DNA from: Opitutia bacterium
GTDB lineage: Bacteria; Verrucomicrobiota; Verrucomicrobiia; Opitutales; T3Sed10-336
Direction of reading: 5' to 3'
Assembly (NCBI GenBank): GCA_050506795.1
Contig: JBJHCF010000010.1
Coordinates: forward strand, 42,061-106,060
Length of the DNA stretch: 64,000 nt
In this document: positions 57,389 through 64,000 of the stretch, in pieces
How positions within the stretch are numbered: position 1 is the stretch's first letter
Layout of the letters: the number at the start of each line of letters is the position of its first letter
Made by a program: the position numbers and the translations under genes
The notes under the pieces: model-generated
What the model was told of the DNA's origin: nothing
The model's input: the letters and a program-made list of their open reading frames with translations, nothing else
Databases searched by the model: none

Positions 57389-59920
57389 TCAGCGCCACTC
57401 CTCCAGCCGAACGCTGTCGAACATGGCCCAGTCGCCGTCGTCCTGGTGCTCCACCACGAGATTCGCCATGAGGGTGACAGCGTCCGCGGGCGGTCGTCCA
57501 ACCACCTCCAGCCGACTCCAGGTGTCGTGTGCGCCTTCCGGAAGCTGGTCCACAAAACGAAAGTCGTCCCGCAATAACCGGCCTTGTTCGTCCCACCAGA
57601 ACAACTCGATCCTGATCCGGCCGCCATTACTAATATGGCCTCTGGCATGGGCCGTAAAACGGTAAAGTGCCTCGGGGTCGACTTCCACGTTCAGGTAGGC
57701 GAATTCCTCCACTGAACCTTCCGCTCGCAGGGCCAGAGGCCCGCGGGCGGCTTCTTCCGCGGTGAGAAAGAAGCCCGAAGCCGTTCCGGGTCGCCACCAG
57801 AGATCCCATTCCGCAGGCGGTCGCCCCCTCACCGCCAGATAGTCCTCTTCATTCGAGAGGTAACGGTCGAAAGTGAAATTGCCATTCACCGCCAGATTCC
57901 TGCCGGTGGGGAGGCTTTCGATTTCCCGTGCCACGTCAATGCGGGCGGCGGGAAATACCGTCTCCAGACGATCCAGCACCTCGGATACCAACCCCTCCGT
58001 TCCGTTCGATTCCCCCCAGTCGAGCAGCGGCGCCACCCAGGCGGTGAGACGCATTTCCGGCTTGAATCCGATCCGTTCGTAAAAGCGGAGTTCGCTGGTT
58101 TCGCGGTGGAGGGGATTGGTCTCAAAAACAGTATTCTTCCAGTGCCGGAGTTCCTCGAAGTGATCGGCATAGAGCATAAGATCGACCAGGAACCGCCACC
58201 CGTCGTCCGAGGATAACTCGCGCCCCGCCGGCAGGTCCCGTATGAAGTGATAATAGCGGGAGTACAGTTCGGTGATCCTGAACCCCTCCGAGAAAAGGTC
58301 CACCCGCTCGCGGTAAGGCGAACGATCACCCGCCGCCAGCTCGGCGGCATCCAGGTACCCTCTCGCCTCGGCACAGAATTCCGGCGGATACAGTTCCATC
58401 TGGGCGATCTGGAAGTAATATCTCAGCCAATACGGCACTCCCTTCTGAGACTCCCACCGTTCCTCCACGAATTCGAAGTACTCCCGCATGGCATCAGCCG
58501 CCGGCCCGAAAAAGGTTCGGTAGTAGTCTTCAAGCAATACCTCCACCTCCGCCGCCGGATCCCACAGCAACCGCGCCGCCAGCCAGGCTTTAGGTCCATC
58601 CAGGCTCCATCGTGGATAAAGTTCAGCGTAGAACCCCTGGATTCCGGAATCATACGCATGCCGGATGCTGTCGGCCATCACCCGGTTGAAAACACGCGGG
58701 ATGACATAAGCACCACCGTAGTAATAATCGTAGATTCCCACGATCTCCGGACCCGCTTCGATCCACCGGCGCATCAGGTCCTCGTCCTCGCTACGGAAAC
58801 GCTCGTCGATCCACTGCGCCCGATCGGCGGTGAGATAGGGAATCACCCTGGAGTGTACTGGAAACGACGGCGTGTTCTCCGCCCAGTGGTACGCCAGGCA
58901 GCCGATGTACTTGTCCGGGTGTGTTTCCTCCAACGCCTCCGCCACCCGGTTGGTGAAGGTGAAAATGAGATCCGAGTAGTCGGGTTTGTCACGGAAGGAA
59001 CGTCCGTGGTCCACTAGGCCCTGACAAAGGTCGCACTCACAGATCCGGTTGCCGTCATTCATGCCCACCGAAAAACTGATCGCGCGCGGATTGGCGTCGA
59101 AAAACTCCCGGGCCGCCTGCGCGGCGATTGCGGCGGTTTTCGGATGACTGAAACAAGGCTGCCAGTTGGGATCGTTCTCCGGCGGACGGTAACGCACGCC
59201 ATCCCAGAGCGGGAAAATCTCCGGATGCTCTTCGAAGAGATTCGGGGTAAAGATTTGGCGGACGTTGTGGTGAAAACGGTAGACACGATTCACGCCACCA
59301 GCCGGCTCCATTCGATTCATCAAATGCCAATCGCGCGATTGCCGGGTTCGCAACCCACTGAATTGGCGCGAGCGAAAGGCAGTGCAAGAAGTGCTCTCGA
59401 AATCAGCCAGGGCGTTCAGGGCAATCGCCGGAACTACCTCACCCAGTTCCCCAGGGAGGTACCAGCGAAAACCGACATGGTCTTGGAGGAAGCCATAAGC
59501 CGCGTGGATCATCCCGACGCCTTTCCCTTGGATATGGACGACATCACCAACCTTTCGTAACTCATATTCCCCAACACTCCCCGTCTCCAATACTCCCCCA
59601 ACCACTTCCTCCTTCATCCTTCTTCCCGCATCCTTCAAATGGATCCGCACATCGATATCCTCGTAAAACCCATCCCGCCCACGGAACCGGTCCGCCGCGC
59701 GCCGCCAGAAGGAGGGCTCCAAACCCGATTCCAACAAAACCCGGGCCTCGACTCCTTCGATTTTCCCCAGGTGATATACTAGATGATAAGCCGCCGCGTA
59801 CTCCTCCATCATCGGGTCGTCAGGCATCACCACCGCCACCCGCTCGGCGGCGACACCCAACGTCGGAAAAGCACACGCGCACACAATAACGATTACCTTA
59901 CTGAAAACTCTAATTGACAT
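57389..59920 (-). CDS. DUF4838 domain-containing secreted protein with C-terminal CBM-like domain
   Basis: Signal peptide, G.RWYLPGELGE..P, F.EHPE.F, QPCFS.P, D....CEC..C, F.N.VA, LAY, LLWDP, FFGPAA..MR.YF; C-terminal NL..NG.F...FD.V.L. Confidence 0.8.
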   Translation of the reverse strand: MSIRVFSKVIVIVCACAFPTLGVAAERVAVVMPDDPMMEEYAAAYHLVYHLGKIEGVEARVLLESGLEPSFWRRAADRFRGRDGFYEDIDVRIHLKDAGRRMKEEVVGGVLETGSVGEYELRKVGDVVHIQGKGVGMIHAAYGFLQDHVGFRWYLPGELGEVVPAIALNALADFESTSCTAFRSRQFSGLRTRQSRDWHLMNRMEPAGGVNRVYRFHHNVRQIFTPNLFEEHPEIFPLWDGVRYRPPENDPNWQPCFSHPKTAAIAAQAAREFFDANPRAISFSVGMNDGNRICECDLCQGLVDHGRSFRDKPDYSDLIFTFTNRVAEALEETHPDKYIGCLAYHWAENTPSFPVHSRVIPYLTADRAQWIDERFRSEDEDLMRRWIEAGPEIVGIYDYYYGGAYVIPRVFNRVMADSIRHAYDSGIQGFYAELYPRWSLDGPKAWLAARLLWDPAAEVEVLLEDYYRTFFGPAADAMREYFEFVEERWESQKGVPYWLRYYFQIAQMELYPPEFCAEARGYLDAAELAAGDRSPYRERVDLFSEGFRITELYSRYYHFIRDLPAGRELSSDDGWRFLVDLMLYADHFEELRHWKNTVFETNPLHRETSELRFYERIGFKPEMRLTAWVAPLLDWGESNGTEGLVSEVLDRLETVFPAARIDVAREIESLPTGRNLAVNGNFTFDRYLSNEEDYLAVRGRPPAEWDLWWRPGTASGFFLTAEEAARGPLALRAEGSVEEFAYLNVEVDPEALYRFTAHARGHISNGGRIRIELFWWDEQGRLLRDDFRFVDQLPEGAHDTWSRLEVVGRPPADAVTLMANLVVEHQDDGDWAMFDSVRLEEWR

Positions 59921-60131
59921 ATATCCTTACAGGATATGGGCGAGGAATGACGGAACGGGGCGACCGGCCCGAAAGGGGATTATTCAACCACAGACGAAGC
60001 AGAGCGTAGATCGCGGAGCATTTCCAAGATGGGCATAGATACGAAAGCACTGGGAACGCGAGCATCCCTGCCGGCCGGAAATCCGTTATCTGTGCTCCTT
60101 GTGGTCAATAATCAGTTTCTGGATCTTTGCT

Positions 60132-60505
60132 TCACAGATAACGAAATGGCAGTCTTCGAACACGGATATTCCTAGAGCCAATTGCCACTACAGAACCTTC
60201 CCGAAGGGCGGATTCCAACGCAGTCAGATTTGCCAATAGAACTCTGATCTGTTCTTGCGGAACACGCGATGCTCCCGTGTCGAAACAAAATAACGGACGG
60301 CTTGTTCACGTCATGTATAGCCAAAAGCGTTCCAAAATCAGTATCCGCGGAAACGATAATTCGATCATCGGATTCGGCCTTCTCAAATATGGACATGTCA
60401 TCGGCATCCTTCAAGCCAACGTTTCGCACACCGCGCATCAAATCCCGCTTCTCTCAACCCCTGCGCCAGTACCGGGGAAAGTGCGTTGTCCACCAGGAAC
60501 CGCAC
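60132..60505 (-). pseudogene. DUF5615 (PIN-like, VapC45-type) toxin, two frameshifts
   Basis: Three consecutive frames give VRFLVDNALSPVLAQGLREAGFDA / VRNVGLKDADD...RIIVSADTDFG...PSVILFR / PQEQIRVLLANL...EGSVV...IRVRRLP. Confidence 0.85.
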
Positions 60506-60507
60506 AC

Positions 60508-60732
60508 CTAAGCTGCCATGGGAAGTTCACGCTCCCTGAGTGCGGCCGCTGCAAAACGCAAGGCTTCGCGTATATCCTCTTCCTCCAAATCCGGGTAGGC
60601 GTTTCCGATCTCCTCAAAAGTCATCCCCTGGGCCACCATTTCAACCACAGTCGCAACCGGAATCCTCAGGCGGCGTATACAGGGAGCGCCACCCATTTGG
60701 TTCGGATCCACTGTTATTCGTTCAAAATTCAT
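60508..60732 (-). CDS. DUF433 family antitoxin
   Basis: RITVDP..MGGAPCIR..RIPV...YPDL..EDI..AL.FAA. Confidence 0.92.
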   Translation of the reverse strand: MNFERITVDPNQMGGAPCIRRLRIPVATVVEMVAQGMTFEEIGNAYPDLEEEDIREALRFAAAALRERELPMAA

Positions 60733-61364
60733 GGTTTGTAATACCTAAAACATTCTCCTGCCCAAAGCAAGCCTCAGCTACCAGTGCCCTTCTTCCTGTT
60801 TCCACCACAGACGAAGCGGCGCGTACCTGGCGGATAAATTCTCAGATGAGCACGGATAGGAGCGGGACGTGGGGTGAGGGACGAGAGGGCGCGGGGACGG
60901 AATCACTGGGGGCCCGCCCTGAGCTCGTCGAGAGCGTGCTCTTGTGGTTAAGGATTGATTCCTGGTTCTTGGATTCTGTCCCCTGATTCCTTGCCCTTCA
61001 TTACCTGCCAAAGTTCCCAGCCTTCCCGGTTCTCAAAATTAGTGATGATGAGTGAAGATTAGTGGTTAAAAAGTTCTTTTGAATCTGTGTACTCTGACTA
61101 ATCTGTGGTCAAAACTTCCGTGAAAGACCAGAGCCGGGGATCACCACGAAGGACACGAAGAGCACGAAGGAGAAGGCAAAGGAACCAAAAACCAATCTTT
61201 ACCCACGGATTTCTAGGATCGGCACAGATGAAACTTGTTCCTGATTCCTGTTTTCGCCTCTATGATTCATGTTGAGCAACGCGAATCGGGACTTTTCATC
61301 GCTCCGTCCCTGCAAAACCCAGAGACCAGACCACCTCCTACAGACATCCATGTCTGCACTCTGC

Positions 61365-61706
61365 TCACTGATTCCCTGTATTGAGGCGCTCACACGCATC
61401 AAGTAAATTGGTGAGATGCTCCGTCGCACTGTTCCAGATCACACTTATTTCCACTCCAAAATAGACATGTGCCAGAATATCACGAAACCCTGCAATTTGC
61501 TGCCAAGGCACCTGGCCCTCCAATTCTTTCCAATCTTCCGGCAAGCGTTTGACCGCTTCGCCTATAATTTCGAAATTTCGTGATACCGCATCCTGTGTCT
61601 TCCTGTCTGGAGAAAATGACTCATAATCGTAACCTTCAATGTACTCTCTAATTCGAGCACCGGCTTCGAGGATATCTTCCAGATACAATTAAGGATCACG
61701 CGACAT
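61365..61706 (-). pseudogene. HepT-like (DUF86, HEPN) toxin with nonsense codon at position 6
   Basis: ATG TCG CGT GAT CCT TAA TTG TAT CTG = MSRDP*LYLEDIL; rest intact with EIIGEA, PW...GFRDILAH.YF. Confidence 0.8.
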
Positions 61707-61974
61707 CAATCAGTTCGTGCTCAATTCTTTTTAAGAAACGTGGAGAACAAGCCTTACGTGACAGCACATCAACTGGCCGGTTAAGTTCTCCCTCCAGATA
61801 TTCCTTGAGTCCCATGAACTCCATCAAGCCGGGCGGGCGGGAAAACTCGACCAGAACATCGACATCGCGGGGCGACTCCCCATGAGTCGCCGACCCAAAC
61901 AACCACAGGCTTTTCACGTAGAACCGCTTTAACTCCGGAAACAGCGTTCTTAATTCTTCTTCGACATCGCTCAT
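61696..61974 (-). CDS. Minimal nucleotidyltransferase antitoxin (MntA-like)
   Basis: LFGS...G....DVDVLVEF, L...L.RPVD. Confidence 0.88.
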   Translation of the reverse strand: MSDVEEELRTLFPELKRFYVKSLWLFGSATHGESPRDVDVLVEFSRPPGLMEFMGLKEYLEGELNRPVDVLSRKACSPRFLKRIEHELIDVA

Positions 61975-62198
61975 CGCAACATCCTCATTTTGACCTAGGT
62001 CCTTCTTGGCACGATGGTTCTTCAAAATCAAGGCCCAAACCTTCAACCACAGATTTCCCAGATGGGCACAGATGGAATCCGTTCTTAGTTGTCACCGGTC
62101 GGTTCAAAACCCGCCACCTATGGTCGATTCAAAACCAGCCACTGGTGAGCGGTGATATCATGGCGTTGAGTTAGCCTGGTCAAGCTTTCTTGGTTTTC

Positions 62199-62998
62199 TT
62201 ATTTGCTTTCTTCCAATTTAGTTGCCCTAGCCGGGGGGTGCGGGGGGCGGCAATGAGCGCCCCCGCTTTCAGCGTCGTCGGAGCGGTTCTCTTTTGCCCT
62301 GAGGCGATAGGAGCGGCCTTTAATGTTGATGATTTCGGCGTGGTGGAGGAGGCGGCCGAGGGGACATCTCCGATCAACTTTCCCCATTCTTCGATGGGGC
62401 GGTTGGAGGTCATCAGCGTCGAGCGGGTCTCGTAGCGGCGCATGATGATTTCGAAAAGATATTCACCGGCTTTGGGAGGGAGCTGTTTGATGCCCATGTC
62501 ATCGAGGATGAGCAGGTCGGGTTTGAGGTAGCGCGAGAGGATGCGCGAGTCGCTGTGGTAGCGCTCTTCGTCGTTGAGGTCGCGCACGGTGTCGAAGATG
62601 GAGCGGTACAGGACGCTGAAGCCGCTTTTGACAGCTTGATGGCCGAGGGCTTGGGCGAGGTGGGATTTGCCGACCCCGGGAGGGCCGACCATCAGGACGT
62701 CGCGGGCTTCGCGGATGAAGTGACAGGTAGCCAGCTCGTGGATGCGGGCACGGGGGATGCCGGGATTGAAGCGGAAGTCGAAGTCCTCAAGGGTCTTGGT
62801 CTCGCGGAAGTCGGCGGCTTTCTTGCGGCGTTCGATCTTGCGCTGGCGGCGCACCATCAACTCGTCTTGCAAAAGCAGTTCGAGGAACTGCTCGTGCGGC
62901 AGGGCGTTGGCGTTGGCCTCCTGGAGGCGCACTTCCAATGATTCGAGCGCTCCGGAGAGGCGCAGAGCGCGCAGGTTTTCACTTAGATGTGTATTCAT
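62199..62998 (-). pseudogene. istB: IS21 helper ATPase IstB, frameshifted near the C-terminus
   Basis: GPPGVGKSHLA, LLILDD, TSNRP; frame breaks after GDVPSA, the expected AILD is missing, and RLLHHAEIINIKGRSYRL continues in another frame. Confidence 0.85.
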
Positions 62999-63018
62999 GA
63001 TCGGTCGATAGGGTGTTC

Positions 63019-64000
63019 TTATTCGGTGGCTTTATCGCTGAAGGGATTGCCGGCGATGTTGCCGTAATCGCTCATCGAGCGGATCAGTTCGTGTTGTTCT
63101 TCGAAGTCGATGATTGTTTGGCTGATACGTTGTTCGAGCTGGGTTTTGACCGCGCGCAGGTTCCAGTCCTCGCGGCTTGAGGCGGCCAGGCAGGCCGCTT
63201 CGAGTTGTTCGCCGGGGTATTTGCGCTTGAGATGGACCAAGCCCATGATCACCCGCAATGCCGCCGCTCCGCGGTGTGTGGTCACCGCCTTGGCCCATTG
63301 GGCGCACTGAGGACCGATTCTGCAGGCACGGCCGTTCCAGTAAGCGAGGCTTTTTTCCAGGCTTTCCTTTCGTCCGCCGCAACCAAGGCAACTCGAGAAG
63401 CGGCCGGGTTGGAGGCGGGTATGGGTGACGATCTTTTCCATGCTCTTGGTGTAGATGCGCACGCAGCGGGCATCCCAGCGCACCCACACGCGGTGTCCCC
63501 GGTACTCTTCGGGGACCTTGTAATAGGCTTTGGCCACCTCGACATAGTGATCGCGGTGAACGCTTCGCAGCGCTTCCTGGTAGCAAGGAAAGAGTCCCGG
63601 CGGCAACGGTCTCAGGGCCGCTTTCTCAAGGCGTTCGAAACGGGCCTGGACCTGCTCGCGAACGGTGCCGTGGATGCGCCGGTCTGCCACTTGGGATTCC
63701 CACTGGCGAAGGAAGAGGTTCTCTTGTTCGAGGCTGTTGAAGACACGGCCCTTCAGAGCGTTGTTCTTGACGTATTTGACTCCCGATTCCACCTTGCCTT
63801 TTTCCTGGGGGCGGTAGGGCCGGGAAGGGATCATCGTGGTGCCGTAGTGGCGGCAAAACGACTCGATCTTCGGATTGATCTGCGGATCGTACCAGTCCGC
63901 CCGGCTCACCGCCGCTTTCAGGTTGTCGGGATTGAGCACGGCGGGAACCCCGCCAAAATGCCGGAAGGCGTTCTCCAGGCAGCGGATGAAAGCTTCGGTG
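63019..64000 (-). CDS. istA: IS21 transposase IstA (3' part)
   Basis: FGGVP..L.PDNLKAAV, F..HYG, RPY.PQEKGKVESGVKYVK, RIHGT, E...L.PLP. Confidence 0.93.
   Translation of the reverse strand, partial: TEAFIRCLENAFRHFGGVPAVLNPDNLKAAVSRADWYDPQINPKIESFCRHYGTTMIPSRPYRPQEKGKVESGVKYVKNNALKGRVFNSLEQENLFLRQWESQVADRRIHGTVREQVQARFERLEKAALRPLPPGLFPCYQEALRSVHRDHYVEVAKAYYKVPEEYRGHRVWVRWDARCVRIYTKSMEKIVTHTRLQPGRFSSCLGCGGRKESLEKSLAYWNGRACRIGPQCAQWAKAVTTHRGAAALRVIMGLVHLKRKYPGEQLEAACLAASSREDWNLRAVKTQLEQRISQTIIDFEEQHELIRSMSDYGNIAGNPFSDKATE

Larger units (their letters stand above)
62090..64000 (-). mobile_element. IS21 family insertion sequence (one end; other end outside window)
   Basis: Terminus TGTCACC.. 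with internal direct repeats GGTCG(G/A)TTCAAAACC(C/A)GCCAC; istA-istB pair. Confidence 0.92.

Noticed and set aside
56400..62090. Classical integron cassette array
   Set aside because: No intI integrase, and I could not identify canonical attC sites (RYYYAAC...GTTRRRY with paired L boxes).

Overview
GC-rich bacterial chromosome segment, most consistent with Verrucomicrobiota (Opitutales-like). This rests on a prepilin/DUF1559-type gene, DUF4838, a split CoaB and a Verrucomicrobia-type C-terminal domain; taxonomy is inference. 0-6.5 kb: housekeeping genes (AroB/EboD-like 3' end, folC, accD, comF, truA, ruvX, manC). 6.7-9.1 kb: a lower-GC islet at the 3' end of tRNA-Leu(CAA), with a HAF-repeat protein and an orphan fragment resembling a diversity-generating-retroelement (DGR) variable repeat followed by hairpins. 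9.3-14.2 kb: rsmE, a ferric-reductase-type flavoprotein, a decayed group II intron 3' end, a disulfide oxidoreductase and a methyltransferase. 14.5-42.2 kb: two divergent complex I gene sets (isolated nuoJKLMN on minus; complete E. coli-type nuoAB-CD-EFGHIJKLMN on plus), separated by an SPS/SPP-like osmolyte pair, coaB, a membrane protein, a prepilin-type gene and an aldo/keto reductase. 42.3-47.7 kb: CBS protein, secreted hypothetical, recN, tRNA-Val(GAC), metallophosphoesterase, EpsI. 48-62 kb: a surface-glycan acylation cluster (2 ACP, 2 SDR, FabH-like, acyl-AMP ligase, sugar aminotransferase, acyltransferase) interleaved with a GxxExxY gene, three toxin-antitoxin pairs (two with broken toxins) and DUF4838. 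The window ends in an IS21 element with a frameshifted istB. Intergenic DNA is dense with at least four repeat families. The most novel-looking signal is a 9-nt-periodic repeat family that forms 30-bp terminal inverted repeats around the GxxExxY gene, occurs as an empty MITE-like copy, and brackets TA modules as direct repeats.
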